64,000 nucleotides of DNA from Nitrospiraceae bacterium (lineage in GTDB: Bacteria > Nitrospirota > Nitrospiria > Nitrospirales > Nitrospiraceae). The DNA lies in the NCBI GenBank assembly GCA_050246315.1, contig JBFWWG010000003.1, positions 192,001-256,000 of the forward strand, written 5' to 3'. Below the pieces are notes generated by a model. The model worked only from the letters and a program-made list of their open reading frames with translations. It was not told the origin of the DNA and made no database searches. Shown here one piece after another: positions 21,782 to 32,549 of the stretch (position 1 is the stretch's first letter; each line of letters opens with the position of its first letter). Both the position numbers and the translations under genes were made by a program.

Positions 21782-23200
21782 CTATCCGGCCTTGGCGAGG
21801 ACCGGCCGCTGCCCGCGCTGTTTCACGATGTCGAGCGCCGCGATGCGATAGGCTTCTGCGTAGGTGGGAAAATTGAAGATGCCTTCGACGAAGGTCTCGA
21901 CGGAGTTGCCGTTGATCAAGGCCAACTCGCCGAGGTGGATCAACTCGGTCGCGTTCTCTCCGATGATCTGCACGCCCAACAACCGATGCCCGTCCGGCCC
22001 CGCGATCATTTTGAGTAACCCTTGACCGGAACCGGCAATCTGTCCCCTGGCTACTTCTGAGAAGTCCGCTCGTCCCACCACGATATTCCCATACCGTTCG
22101 CGAGCGCGTGATTCGTCCAACCCCACGCAGGACAGCTCGGGAATAGTGTAAATGCCCATCGGAATCAAATGATCCGCGGCGCTGACCGCCATCCCCAACG
22201 CATGACACATCGCGCGGCGACCTTGCTCCATGGCGGAGGAGGCCAGCGATGGAGGGCCGGCCATATCTCCCACCGCATAGATATGCGGCACTGGCGTTTG
22301 ACAGTGTTGATTGACCGACACGTAGCCCTTGCCATTTGTCTCAAGACCCGCCGCTCCGAGGTTGAGATCCTCCAGATTGGGCTGTCGGCCGGAGGCCACC
22401 AGCATTTTTTCAGCGACGATCTCCTCACCGTTCTCGAGCGTGGCCACCACGGAGAGCACCCCGTCCCATCGGACAGTCTTGACCCGCTGCCGCCCGCAGT
22501 ACCGGCCTCCGTACCCCTCGAAGCTGGCAAGAAACCGTTCTGTCAACTCGGCGTCGATGAACTGCAAGGGGCGGGGAGCCGCATCAATGATCGTCACCGA
22601 CACGCCCAAAAGAGAAAAGATCGAGGCGTACTCGCATCCGACCACACCCGCTCCCACAATCGCCAGTGACCGCGGCAGATAGATCATCGACAGGATGGAA
22701 TCGCTGTCCAGGATATGTTCGTGATCGACAGGAATGTTGGCCGGATGCCTCGGCCGAGAGCCGGTGGCCAATACGATGAGCTCAGCGTCCAGTTCATGGG
22801 TGAGTCCGGCTACGGTCGTCAGGGCAAGGCGATGACTGGACAGAAATCGAGAACAGCCGTGCAGCACAGCAATGCCGTTGCGACGCAATTGGTCGCCCAT
22901 GTATCGGCCATGGGCGGAGACCACTTCCTCAAGCCGCTGCATGAGCATGCCGACCTCTACACCCTCGCGCAGTTTGCAGTCGAAGACAGCAGCCCCGCGC
23001 TTGACCCGTTCGAGGCTCAAAGCAGCCTCCCGCAGCGTCTTGCTGGGGATAGTCCCTCGGTAGACACAGGCTCCGCCCACCCCCGGCTCCCGCTCGATGA
23101 CGGCCACACGCTTCCCGCATTTGGCCGCCATGATGGCAGCCTTTTGACCGGCCGGTCCGCTCCCGATCACCAGCACGTCGTATGTGGTGACGGTGCTCAT
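21782..23200 (-). CDS. sthA: Soluble pyridine nucleotide transhydrogenase
   Basis: GSGPAG, GGACVYRGTIPSKTLRE (CxxxxT), FNFPTYAEAY. Confidence 0.88.
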   Translation of the reverse strand: MSTVTTYDVLVIGSGPAGQKAAIMAAKCGKRVAVIEREPGVGGACVYRGTIPSKTLREAALSLERVKRGAAVFDCKLREGVEVGMLMQRLEEVVSAHGRYMGDQLRRNGIAVLHGCSRFLSSHRLALTTVAGLTHELDAELIVLATGSRPRHPANIPVDHEHILDSDSILSMIYLPRSLAIVGAGVVGCEYASIFSLLGVSVTIIDAAPRPLQFIDAELTERFLASFEGYGGRYCGRQRVKTVRWDGVLSVVATLENGEEIVAEKMLVASGRQPNLEDLNLGAAGLETNGKGYVSVNQHCQTPVPHIYAVGDMAGPPSLASSAMEQGRRAMCHALGMAVSAADHLIPMGIYTIPELSCVGLDESRARERYGNIVVGRADFSEVARGQIAGSGQGLLKMIAGPDGHRLLGVQIIGENATELIHLGELALINGNSVETFVEGIFNFPTYAEAYRIAALDIVKQRGQRPVLAKAG

Positions 23201-24060
23201 AGCGACAAGCTGTCCACGACCATCTCCACCTTATCCTTCGCGGCGACCAGGGCATCAAGGTCCTTCGGATAGAGGTTCAAGGCCGCAAAGGCCTGGTGCT
23301 TCCTAAGCGCAGCTTCATCCACCAGGGCTGGATCGAGCAGGAAAGTCGCCAGTCGATCGGCCACGCAGGTCATCATGACTTCCTGCTTGAATGACTCCGC
23401 CTGATCGTATTGCCGGTAGTGTGCAATCGATTCCCGCGCCTGTTTGGGCAGTTGCCATTTGTCGGCCAACTGCATCCCCAGAGCCACATGATGGGCTTCG
23501 ATCACCTCATCCAAGAGATCCGGCTCCAACGGGATCTTCAGTTCCGCGCTCAGACCGACGCAAGAATTCAGAACGACCGGCTTCCCCACGGCATGCAACA
23601 GGCCGCACACATACGCGCTTTCCATGTTCAGCCGCTTGAGCTTCGCCACCTCCTTTGCATAGACACCGCTCGCCAGCGAATGTTTCCAAAGGAACTGCAT
23701 GCGGCGATCATGCCCTGGCGCCACGAAGGTCCCCGCCTTGAGCGAGACGGTCAAGGCGATTTCCGACAGCAGGGTCATACCCAGCATCGACACCGCATGT
23801 TGAAGTGATACGATCGGCGTCCGTGGCATGTAGGCCGGCGAATTGGCGATGCGTAACACGTGCGCGGCGAGGGCCTGGTCACGATGGATCAGTCCCGCCA
23901 ACTTGGCCGCATCGGAATCCGGATTGTTGACCAGCGCCAGGATTTGCGTTGCCACGTTGGGCAGTAACGGCAACTCGATCTTCTCGTTGCCGATGCGCTC
24001 GATCAGCGCTTGTTCGATCGGTTCGTAGGCGGTAGGTCCGGCGGTACGGGGACTGCTCAT
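23197..24060 (-). CDS. HDOD-domain protein
   Basis: LPLLPNVA, DQALAAHVLRIANSPAY, GLLHAVGK. Confidence 0.88.
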   Translation of the reverse strand: MSSPRTAGPTAYEPIEQALIERIGNEKIELPLLPNVATQILALVNNPDSDAAKLAGLIHRDQALAAHVLRIANSPAYMPRTPIVSLQHAVSMLGMTLLSEIALTVSLKAGTFVAPGHDRRMQFLWKHSLASGVYAKEVAKLKRLNMESAYVCGLLHAVGKPVVLNSCVGLSAELKIPLEPDLLDEVIEAHHVALGMQLADKWQLPKQARESIAHYRQYDQAESFKQEVMMTCVADRLATFLLDPALVDEAALRKHQAFAALNLYPKDLDALVAAKDKVEMVVDSLSL

Positions 24061-24218
24061 GTCAACCTCGTGCCGGTTCAGATAGCTTCGTGCGGCGGTA
24101 ACAACTCACTGTCTTGTCGGTGATTCCGGCCGCAAACTTTACCGAGTCCGGCCCGAGTCGGTCTCTTGTTCTGGCCATGCCGGTATGGTAATGACCGAGA
24201 GTGACGGAGGAACACTCG

Positions 24219-25151
24219 ATGGCGTCTGAGGCGAGGACCAAATTGACCTATGCCCTCTATCCAGGTTGTGCTGCCAAAGGCGCGACCCCGGAGTTGTATC
24301 AATCCACCATGGCGATCCTGCCGAGGCTGGATCTCAAGGTGGTCGAGTTAGCCGCCGCCTCCTGTTGCGGCGCTGGAGTGCTCACCGAAGAAGATCCTGA
24401 TGCGGCCCTGGCGCTCAATGCGCGCACGTTTGCTCAAGCCGAGCAGCTCGGCCTCGATATCATGACCATCTGTGGTACTTGCCAGGGCGTCATGAGCGCC
24501 GCCAATCGACGGCTCAAGACCGAGCCGGGACTGCTTGACCGTATCAACGGGATTCTCGGACAGGAGGGCATCAATTATCGCGGCACCGTGCAGGTCAAAC
24601 ATCTGCTCTGGATTCTGGTCAAGGATGTGGGGCTCCAGCGTCTGCGCGACGAAGTTCGCCTACCCCTCCAGCAACTGCACATCGCGCCGTTCTATGGTTG
24701 CTCGATCCTGCGACCCTCTTGGCATCTTGGATTTGACGACCCAGAAAATCCCACCTCGTTGGAACGTGTCATCCGCGCGGTCAGCGCCGAGCCGATCGTG
24801 TATGCCGGGCGGACCAAATGTTGCGGCTTCCCCATCATTCTAGAGAAGGAAACCATTGCGGTAACGATGGCGGGCCAGAATATGAAGGAGGCGAGGGAAT
24901 CGGGAGCCGATGCTATGGTGACCCCCTGTCCGCTCTGCCACATGGGCCTGGACATTTATCAAGAGCGAGCAGGCCAGTCCGTAGGCACGACCCTGAATCT
25001 ACCGATCCTCCACCTGCCTCAGTTGCTCGGACTCGCAATGGGGTTGTCGGCCAAGGATCTGGGACTGGCCCGTCATTTGGTCTCCGTGGAATCGCTGGTG
25101 CGTAAAATCGAGCGGCCCTCCGTGGCTGTCATTCCTAAAGGAGCCGATTGA
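24219..25151 (+). CDS. HdrB-like CCG-domain protein (succinate dehydrogenase/heterodisulfide reductase subunit B type)
   Basis: YPGC, CCGAG, CGTC, FYGC, CCGFP, CPLC cysteine-rich motifs. Confidence 0.85.
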   Translation: MASEARTKLTYALYPGCAAKGATPELYQSTMAILPRLDLKVVELAAASCCGAGVLTEEDPDAALALNARTFAQAEQLGLDIMTICGTCQGVMSAANRRLKTEPGLLDRINGILGQEGINYRGTVQVKHLLWILVKDVGLQRLRDEVRLPLQQLHIAPFYGCSILRPSWHLGFDDPENPTSLERVIRAVSAEPIVYAGRTKCCGFPIILEKETIAVTMAGQNMKEARESGADAMVTPCPLCHMGLDIYQERAGQSVGTTLNLPILHLPQLLGLAMGLSAKDLGLARHLVSVESLVRKIERPSVAVIPKGAD

Positions 25152-25468
25152 TGAAGACCATCAAACTATCTGATTATCAAATATTTAGCTCTGATAAGAT
25201 GAAGAAGAACAATATCTTTCAGACCACGCGGTTTTTCTGCGATGTGTACTGTTTCGAGCCTGGCCAGGAGCAGAAGGGCCATGTGCATGGCGAGCAAGAC
25301 AAGATCTATCTCGTACTGGAAGGGCAGGGAACATTTCAGGTTGGACAGGACCGGCAGATCCTCGGCCCAGGGGAGGGGACCATGGCTCCGGCCGGAGAAC
25401 CGCATGGAGTCCTGAACCATGGCAACCAGCGGTTACGAGTGCTCGTGTTTGTTGCGCCGAATCCATGA
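25151..25468 (+). CDS. Cupin-domain protein
   Basis: HVHGEQDKIYLVLEGQG...PAGEPHG. Confidence 0.85.
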   Translation: MKTIKLSDYQIFSSDKMKKNNIFQTTRFFCDVYCFEPGQEQKGHVHGEQDKIYLVLEGQGTFQVGQDRQILGPGEGTMAPAGEPHGVLNHGNQRLRVLVFVAPNP

Positions 25469-25547
25469 GCCGCATTCTTCACGAGCAGACGTGACAAAAC
25501 CGCGGAGATGTTATCCGTTGGATCGCATTGTGAATCATGAGGGTCAA
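25466..25547 (+). mobile_element. Short degenerate MITE copy
   Basis: TGAGCCGCATTCTTCACGAGCAGACGTGACAAAACCGCGGAGATG matches the MITE end; TGTGAATCATGAGGGTCAA resembles the opposite end. Confidence 0.55.
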
Positions 25548-25602
25548 TGAGCCGCGTCAATCGTCAGCTGACCTTCATCGGGCGGGGGTTTTCGTTTGAC
25601 GA

Positions 25603-25990
25603 TTAGCGATCTTCCCGTTCCAGGGGGATTGTGACACTGATCGCTCCGGCCAATCCACCCACATGCCGGCCCTCCCTGAGGTAGCCGGAAATATCCTCCA
25701 CGCCTTTTGGCTCTCCGTGACAGCCCATACATGCGGTCTCGTAGTAGATCGGCACCAGCAGCCGCAGGGTACGGCCGCCGTCCGCCAGCTCGCTCGACGG
25801 GTCACGACTCCCAGGCATGGCGGCGAATTGTCCAAGAACCGCTTCCTCATAATAGGGATCCGGCTCATTCTTTGGGTTACGGGGTGATAGAGCCGTCTGC
25901 TTGAGGCGCACCGCCGAGCCGACAGAAAAGCGCCTGGCTGCCCGGCTCCCGAAGGTGGCGGGAATAAAATTCTTGCATCCAACCCCTCGT
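25603..25990 (-). pseudogene. C-terminal fragment of a DUF3365/Tll0287-like c-type heme protein
   Basis: FIPATFG, LKQT...PRNPKNEPD, CMGCH heme motif, LAGAISV; no credible N-terminus. Confidence 0.6.
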
Positions 25991-26299
25991 CGGCAGCTTC
26001 TCAAGGATCACGTCAACCGGCGGGTTCTGCGATTCGTAGGCCGCGGGAAGCAAATCACATAGGACCACGTCATACATCGCTAAATGCTCCTTCGCATACA
26101 CAGGGGAGCTTCTCAACCCCGGAACCGCCACGCGGACTCCCTCGAATGCGCGGCTGACCCGTGTTCGGACCTCGCCGGCCTGGGTCGCTGCCTGAAGGCG
26201 AGCTTGGACTGACTGCGCAAGCTCCCGGCTTCGTACCATACCTCCGATGGCGCCGTCATCGTCGTAGGGGATGGAGTAAGCGATGCCGGCGGCCTGTTC

Positions 26300-26640
26300 C
26301 ATCGGGACATTGGCGTAAAGTTATTCCAACGGGGATTCAGGAACACCGAATGTTGGTCCGTGGTGAACTCTTCGGTGCGAACGCTGAAGAATTGATAGAT
26401 GGCCCGAAGCTCGAGATCGCCGTAACGCAGCGCCGTGAACCCAGCCTGAATGCCGATCTCGCGGTCACTGAGGGCAAAGGTCTGTTTGCGGATGGCGATG
26501 TCGAGGTTAATCGGCTTGATCGGCAGAAGATCCAGCAACGCTTCTTGAGCCGAGGCAGGGTCAGCAATGGCCGACAGGAGGCTCAAGACAAACGGCACCG
26601 CGTACCGATGGTTGCCACAGGACAGGGGACGAGAGACCAC
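26300..26640 (-). pseudogene. Truncated exported hypothetical protein
   Basis: Signal-like FVLSLLSAIADPASA followed by protein-like sequence that degenerates after NPRWNNF. Confidence 0.4.
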
Positions 26641-26686
26641 GGAACCCCTCCGTCCCGTTTCGTGGGTGCTCAGGATTGCCGAACAC

Positions 26687-27043
26687 CTACTCTGTCGCGA
26701 CAGGAACAACACCGGCGGTGATGCAGGATTGCATCACGCTGGCTTGGCAGTCTCTCTGTGCGGTCGAGCCTGTCAGCTCACCCACGTGACGGACCAGATC
26801 ATCCGCCGTCACCAATTCAGGATCCACGTCGATCAGAAGATGTCCAGGCAGGCTCCGCCCGTCCAGGAATCGTACCCCTGGAAGTCTCTTTAAGGTGGTT
26901 TCGATATCCTGGTTGACCGACTCGCACTCGGATCCGGCTATCATCAGCGTCACCCGTTGAAGCGGAGAGGCGGCCAACACTGTCGTGGTTATGACTGCCG
27001 TCAGCAGCACGAGCGCGAAGAGAACGGCGAATGTGTCTCTCAT
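26687..27043 (-). CDS. Exported heavy-metal-associated (HMA-like) domain protein
   Basis: Signal peptide, then RVTLMIAGSECES...IETTLKRLPGV HMA-like pattern; downstream of nirK. Confidence 0.6.
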   Translation of the reverse strand: MRDTFAVLFALVLLTAVITTTVLAASPLQRVTLMIAGSECESVNQDIETTLKRLPGVRFLDGRSLPGHLLIDVDPELVTADDLVRHVGELTGSTAQRDCQASVMQSCITAGVVPVATE

Positions 27044-27135
27044 TGATGATGACCTCTTCAGCCAGGAAGCCGAACTCACTGTTTGACCGCATCGAACCAG
27101 GCCCGGCCGGCCGCAACCGGCCGGCCGGGCAGGTG

Positions 27136-28149
27136 TCACTCTGGCATTGGATGTGGCACTTGAGATGGCGTGATCTCCGTTGGAGGGACGGCCAACGTCC
27201 AAGGCACCAGCGGCATCAGCGGTAATTGCTGAGCATCAGGCGAGGCCACCAGCACCGCAATAGCTCCCCGCAACGCTCCCGTGAGCGAATGGGTGACCAC
27301 CGGGTAGGCGCCGGCCGACTCCACGACCACGTCGAACGTCGACGCACTGCCGGGACCCACGACATAGGTCTGGACACCCGTCAACTTGTTGGCCGGGTTT
27401 CCGCTCTCGTAAACGTGATCCCAAATTTCCCCGATCGGGTGCAAGGCGGAGAACTCGTTCGGCCCTGCGTTCACGAAATAGATCCGAACACGCTCGCCCG
27501 GCTTGGCTTCCAGCTTTCCTCCGTTGGTGACAAACGGATGGTACTTGAAGAGGCCGCCGTTGAACATGACTCCCTCAAACTTCCGATCGAACATCGCTTG
27601 GACGTCGCTGGGATTCTTGTAGTACTCGGACTGCACGAGCACGTACTCCCGGTCGGCCTTCGGCCATACTTTGGCGTCCTTCGGATCGACAATGACCGCG
27701 CCGAACATGCCGCGAGCAATGTGCTGGATCATGGGCGGCGCCCCACAGTGGTAGAAAAAAATCCCTGGCTTTCTCGCCTCGTAGGTGAAGCTGATCGATT
27801 CCCCCGCGTTAATCGCGCGGTAGTTCTTCAGGAAGTCGACCTCCGCCGCGTGGAAATCCATCGCATGGGCATTCTTGTTGGTGGGCGGATTCGTCAAGGT
27901 AAACTTGATCGTATCGCCCTCGGTCACACGGACGACCGGGCCCGGAACCTGCCCGTTGAACGTCCAAGCGGCATACTTATCGCCGTCGCCGTCGATCACG
28001 ATTTCGGTTTCTACCGCTACCATATTGATCTCATGGGTTTTGGCCGATGCCGGTAGCACCGACCCAGTCCCCATCAGCAAGGCTGCGATTCCTGCGAGGA
28101 AGCACCGCGAGCCTTCATGCTTCCAGAGACCTCGATCCTTTATCATCAT
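27136..28149 (-). CDS. nirK: Copper-containing nitrite reductase
   Basis: FNGQVPGP, HAMDFH, YHCGAPPMIQHIARGM (type-1/type-2 Cu ligands), HPIG, VTHS. Confidence 0.9.
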   Translation of the reverse strand: MMIKDRGLWKHEGSRCFLAGIAALLMGTGSVLPASAKTHEINMVAVETEIVIDGDGDKYAAWTFNGQVPGPVVRVTEGDTIKFTLTNPPTNKNAHAMDFHAAEVDFLKNYRAINAGESISFTYEARKPGIFFYHCGAPPMIQHIARGMFGAVIVDPKDAKVWPKADREYVLVQSEYYKNPSDVQAMFDRKFEGVMFNGGLFKYHPFVTNGGKLEAKPGERVRIYFVNAGPNEFSALHPIGEIWDHVYESGNPANKLTGVQTYVVGPGSASTFDVVVESAGAYPVVTHSLTGALRGAIAVLVASPDAQQLPLMPLVPWTLAVPPTEITPSQVPHPMPE

Positions 28150-28209
28150 GTTCTGCTCCCTTCTGACTGATTGTGTGAAGTGATGGAAACCCTGTCAGGC
28201 ACAGGCGGG

Positions 28210-28251
28210 ATTATATGAAGTATCGCCAGCTACAAATATGATCTGCGTCAT
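28210..28251 (-). promoter_or_regulatory. Class II Crp/Fnr-type promoter of nirK
   Basis: Palindrome ATGA-N6-TCAT (28238-28251) and minus-strand TATAAT (28210-28215); box centre ~41 nt upstream of the expected start site. Confidence 0.65.
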
Positions 28252-28284
28252 GTTTCTACCGACAATGTGTCGAATGAACGAGGA

Positions 28285-28989
28285 TCAAGGAAGGGCACTG
28301 GAAGGATCGGATGCGAACGAGCGGAGGCCAGGAAGATCGAGGATCATCAAATGTTTGGCTGTTCCGGACACCAACCTGGCCTTCTTGAAACGGCTCATGA
28401 TGCGGATTGTCGTCTCCGGCGTAATCCCCACCATGTCTGCCAGGTCCTGTCTGGTCAACCGAACATCGAGCCGGATGCCCTTTGGTTCGCGGACACCGAT
28501 GCGTTCGGCGAGACCGACCAGGAGCGAGGCCAGTCGCTGGTCGGAGCGATCAAGCGCTAAAATCTTGGCTCGTTCCTGCACTTCCATCAGCCGCTTGCCG
28601 AGATACTTGATGACTTCAAGCGCCGCCTCTGGATTATTCTTCAAGGTATTGAAATACTGTTCTTTATTCAGACGAAGGATGCTGACATCACCCATCGGCG
28701 CCGCCGTCCCGGGATGCTGGCCTCCATCGAACACCACCGCTTCGCAACAGAACAGATCTCCCGGCATCAACACCTTGAGCGTACATTCCTTGCCGGCAGT
28801 CGTCGCCCTCACGCACTTGACCGTACCTTCCTTCAAGATATGGAAGTACTCGGCTTGGTCGCCCTCCCGAAAAATGTACTCGCCTTTTCGGTAGCGTTCT
28901 TCTTTGACTTGTTTCCAAATCTCCTGGCGATCCTGCTCTTGCAGCAGGTCGATGAGGGGCAACTCTCGCCGGGAAGAGGGAGGCTTCAC
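28285..28989 (-). CDS. Crp/Fnr-family transcriptional regulator
   Basis: cNMP-binding fold (IFREGD) and HTH LTRQDLADMVGITPETTIR. Confidence 0.92.
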   Translation of the reverse strand: MKPPSSRRELPLIDLLQEQDRQEIWKQVKEERYRKGEYIFREGDQAEYFHILKEGTVKCVRATTAGKECTLKVLMPGDLFCCEAVVFDGGQHPGTAAPMGDVSILRLNKEQYFNTLKNNPEAALEVIKYLGKRLMEVQERAKILALDRSDQRLASLLVGLAERIGVREPKGIRLDVRLTRQDLADMVGITPETTIRIMSRFKKARLVSGTAKHLMILDLPGLRSFASDPSSALP

Positions 28990-28997
28990 GGAGGTGA

Positions 28998-30872
28998 TTA
29001 CGTCTTCAACAGGTCCATGACGGCCTGCACGATGGACCGAACCCCGATGCCGAAATGATCGATGAGTTCCTCGGGCTTACCGCTGCGCGGAATCTCGCGG
29101 ACGGCGAGTTTGATGACCCGCACACCCTCGTCCGACAAGGCTCCCACCACCGCATCGCCGAGCCCGCCATGGGCATAGTGGTCCTCAACCGTCACCATCC
29201 GCATCTGGGTCGCGTGCGCACAGTCAGCCAACGTCGCCCGATCGACCGGCACAATGCTGTAGAGATCGACGACGCGGACAGACACACCTTGCGCCCTCAA
29301 CTGATCATACGCCTTCAACGCTTCAAACAACGTCACGCCGGCCGCCACGATCGTCACCTGATCCTGCTGGCTTTTTCGCAGGACCTTCGAGCCTCCGATC
29401 GTGAACAGTTCATCCGGTCCATAAATCACCGGTGATTTGGGACGGCCGGCCCGCAGATAGACCATCCCTTGGTGCGTCGCCGCTGCCTCGACCAACCGGT
29501 ACATGCTCGTCCCATCGGACGGGTAGAGCACCGTGATGCCGGGCTGAGCCGCCATCATCGCCAGGTCCTCAAGTCCCATCTGGGAGGCCCCGTCCTCGCC
29601 GATGCTCACCCCGACATGCGTCCCCACCAACTTGACGTTGGCCTGGCTGATCGCAGCCATCCGGATGAAGTCGTAGGCCCTGGTCAAAAAGGCCGCAAAG
29701 GTGGCCGCGAACGGAATTTTCCCGCAGGTCGAGAGTCCCACCGCCGTCCCGATCATATTCTGTTCGGCGATGAAGTTCTCAAAGAAGCGGGATGGGAACT
29801 GCTTACCGAACTTGTCTGTATAGGTCGAATTCTTGACGTCCGCGTCCAGCCCGACAACGCTCGGATCAGCCTCGCCCAACGCCTGCAACGCGACGCCGAA
29901 GGCCTCCCTGGTCGCGACCATGTCGCCGATCTTGTAACCGGGTGCGGCGAATGTCTTGCCGCTGACCGCTTCGCGCCCGGCCGGAGTAGGACTTGGTATG
30001 ACGGGCGCAGCCCCATTGCCGGAGACAAACTGTTTCGACAACTCGGCGATGGCGCGATCGGCCTCCTCACCCTTCCTAAGCGGCTTGCCGTGCCAATCCG
30101 GCTTATCTTGAATGAACGAAATACCCTTGCCCTTGAGGGTCTTGGCCAACAACACCGTCGGACGTCCTTTCGTCGCCGCCGCTTGACCGAAAGCCTGAAT
30201 CAACGCCGCGATATCATGCCCGTCCACCGAGATCGCATTCCACCCGAAACCGGACCAACGCGCCCGATAGCCCTCCAGATCATGCTGGAGCATCGTCGGA
30301 TCGCTCTGTCCGAGTCGGTTGATATCGACGATCGCGCAGAGGTTGTCCAACTGGTGTTGCCGGGCGATCTCAACCGCTTCCCAGACCGATCCCTCCACGG
30401 ACTCTCCGTCGCCCAGGACCACATAGGTCCGGTAGTCGCTGCGATCGAGATACTTGGCGTTCAAGGCCATCCCGACACCGGCCGCCAACCCCTGACCGAG
30501 CGATCCGGTCGCCACATCAACGAAAGACAACCGCGGCGTCGGGTGGCCTTCCAGATCCGAGCGCAGCAACCGAAGCGTCAACAGTTCGCTTTTGGGAAAC
30601 AGTCCGACCTCTGCCCAGGCCGCATAGAGCAGCGGTGCCGCATGGCCCTTCGATAGGATGAACCGGTCTCGATTCGGATGGCGAGGCTGCTGAGGGTCGA
30701 ACCGCATCACATGAAAAAACAAAGTCGCGACAATATCGGCGGCCGAACAGCAACTCGTCGGATGTCCACTTCCCGCCTCAGTGGTGGCGCGAACGCTCTC
30801 GATCCGCAGGCTGGTCGCCTTGTTTCGAAGCATGGTCACGAGATCGGATGACAAGATCGTGCTACCAGGCAT
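28998..30872 (-). CDS. tkt: Transketolase
   Basis: SGHPTS, LSKGHAAP, TPP motif GDGESVEGSVWEA, GEDGASQM. Confidence 0.93.
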   Translation of the reverse strand: MPGSTILSSDLVTMLRNKATSLRIESVRATTEAGSGHPTSCCSAADIVATLFFHVMRFDPQQPRHPNRDRFILSKGHAAPLLYAAWAEVGLFPKSELLTLRLLRSDLEGHPTPRLSFVDVATGSLGQGLAAGVGMALNAKYLDRSDYRTYVVLGDGESVEGSVWEAVEIARQHQLDNLCAIVDINRLGQSDPTMLQHDLEGYRARWSGFGWNAISVDGHDIAALIQAFGQAAATKGRPTVLLAKTLKGKGISFIQDKPDWHGKPLRKGEEADRAIAELSKQFVSGNGAAPVIPSPTPAGREAVSGKTFAAPGYKIGDMVATREAFGVALQALGEADPSVVGLDADVKNSTYTDKFGKQFPSRFFENFIAEQNMIGTAVGLSTCGKIPFAATFAAFLTRAYDFIRMAAISQANVKLVGTHVGVSIGEDGASQMGLEDLAMMAAQPGITVLYPSDGTSMYRLVEAAATHQGMVYLRAGRPKSPVIYGPDELFTIGGSKVLRKSQQDQVTIVAAGVTLFEALKAYDQLRAQGVSVRVVDLYSIVPVDRATLADCAHATQMRMVTVEDHYAHGGLGDAVVGALSDEGVRVIKLAVREIPRSGKPEELIDHFGIGVRSIVQAVMDLLKT

Positions 30873-31047
30873 CAACGGTCCTCTTTCGTGGATGGGTGGA
30901 GGCGGATGATCGACAACTCAACGCGACCTGAAGGTGATGGTCAAAGGCTAGCAAAAGCGGAGCGGATGAGTCAACGCGACGGCTTCGCGATGCCGATCAT
31001 CCTGTGCATGAATCAGCACGTCCGTAAGAGTTCCATTTGCGCGGCAA

Positions 31048-32394
31048 TCAAAAGAATCGCAACCACAGATACAGGTGACTGATCAGGATCGAGCCGAACA
31101 TCACGGGCAGGCCGAAGAGCGAGAATCGCCAGAAACTGATCGGATAGCCGGCTCGCCGCGCGATATCCACAATCACGACGTTGGCCGACGCACCGATGAT
31201 GGTCCCGTTGCCGCCGAGGCAAGCGCCGAGCGCCAGCGCCCACCAGATCGGTATGACATCGGGCTGACGGACCAACGTCGTGTAGTCCGTCACCGTCGGG
31301 TGCAGCGAGCGCGCCAGATCCACAATCAACGGGTTCATCGCCGCCACATAGGGGATATTGTCCACGATGGCCGAGAGCATCGCCGATCCCCACAGCACCA
31401 CGAACGTCGTGCCCACAGTATTGCCACGCGTCATCTCGACCAACTGGTTGGCCAGTTCCCGGATTGCCCCCACTTTGACGAGCGCGCCGACCAGGATGAA
31501 CAACCCGATGAAGAAAAATATCGTCTTCCATTCGACATCCGTCAGGGAGTGAAGATCTTCCAGCCCCTTTTCCTTGGTCTTGGCGTGGCCGGCCAACATG
31601 AACAGGCTCGCGCCCAGCAGCGCGACGGTGGCCGGCTCCAGATGGAGCCAACCGTGGAAGCAGAAGCCGATATTCACTAACGCCAGGAGCCACACGCATC
31701 GCCTCAGCAACGATCGGTCCCGCACCGCTTCCATCTCCTTGAGCGCCATCATGGATTCGCTCAGGTGCGGCGCCACGGTCAGCGTGCGGCCGAAGATGAA
31801 CCAGAGCCCGCCGAGGAACACCGCCATGATGATCACGGCCACCGGCCCCAAGACGAACAGGAATTCGAGATAACTCAAGTCCGCCTTGCTCGCAATCATG
31901 ATATTAGGCGGATCGCCGACCAACGTGCCGGTGCCGCCGATATTCGATGCCATCGCCTGGGGGACCAAAAACGGAATCGGATTCAGCTCCAGCCGCTTGG
32001 TGATTTCCAGGGTGACCGGCGCCATCAGCAACACCGTGGTCACATTGTCCAGCATGGCCGAAAGGAGAGCCGTGATCGCCGACAGCAGCAGGATCATGCG
32101 AAAGGGCTGCGCCTGGGCCCGCTTGGCCGACCAGATCGCCAAGACCTCGAACAGGCCTGTCTCGCGGGTGATGTTGATGATCACCATCATGCCGATCAGG
32201 AGAAAGATCACGTTGTAGTCGACACCGAATTCGTGCGAGTAGAACGCCTCTTCCTGCGTGACCACGCCCAAACTGATCATTAAGGCCGCGCCGAACAGCG
32301 CCACGATCGTCTTGTGGATACGTTCGGTGACGATGGCCAGATAACAGGCGCCGAAAATGAACAGGGCGAGTGTCGTGGGATTCATGAGCTCCAT
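31048..32394 (-). CDS. ArsB/NhaD-family ion transporter
   Basis: LDNVTTVLL, SNIGGTGTLVGDPPN, DNIPY, GGNGTIIGASAN. Confidence 0.88.
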   Translation of the reverse strand: MELMNPTTLALFIFGACYLAIVTERIHKTIVALFGAALMISLGVVTQEEAFYSHEFGVDYNVIFLLIGMMVIINITRETGLFEVLAIWSAKRAQAQPFRMILLLSAITALLSAMLDNVTTVLLMAPVTLEITKRLELNPIPFLVPQAMASNIGGTGTLVGDPPNIMIASKADLSYLEFLFVLGPVAVIIMAVFLGGLWFIFGRTLTVAPHLSESMMALKEMEAVRDRSLLRRCVWLLALVNIGFCFHGWLHLEPATVALLGASLFMLAGHAKTKEKGLEDLHSLTDVEWKTIFFFIGLFILVGALVKVGAIRELANQLVEMTRGNTVGTTFVVLWGSAMLSAIVDNIPYVAAMNPLIVDLARSLHPTVTDYTTLVRQPDVIPIWWALALGACLGGNGTIIGASANVVIVDIARRAGYPISFWRFSLFGLPVMFGSILISHLYLWLRFF

Positions 32395-32549
32395 GTGTCC
32401 GTAAGTGATCGAACGATGCACACAGGTCGCACTGTACCGATCACGAGGGGCGTGCGCAACGGACTTCGGCCGATCGACAGGTGTCACGGCCGTTATCGAG
32501 CGGATGCACCCGTGGTGGTCTCGTCCAAGACCGACACGGACGTCGAGAA

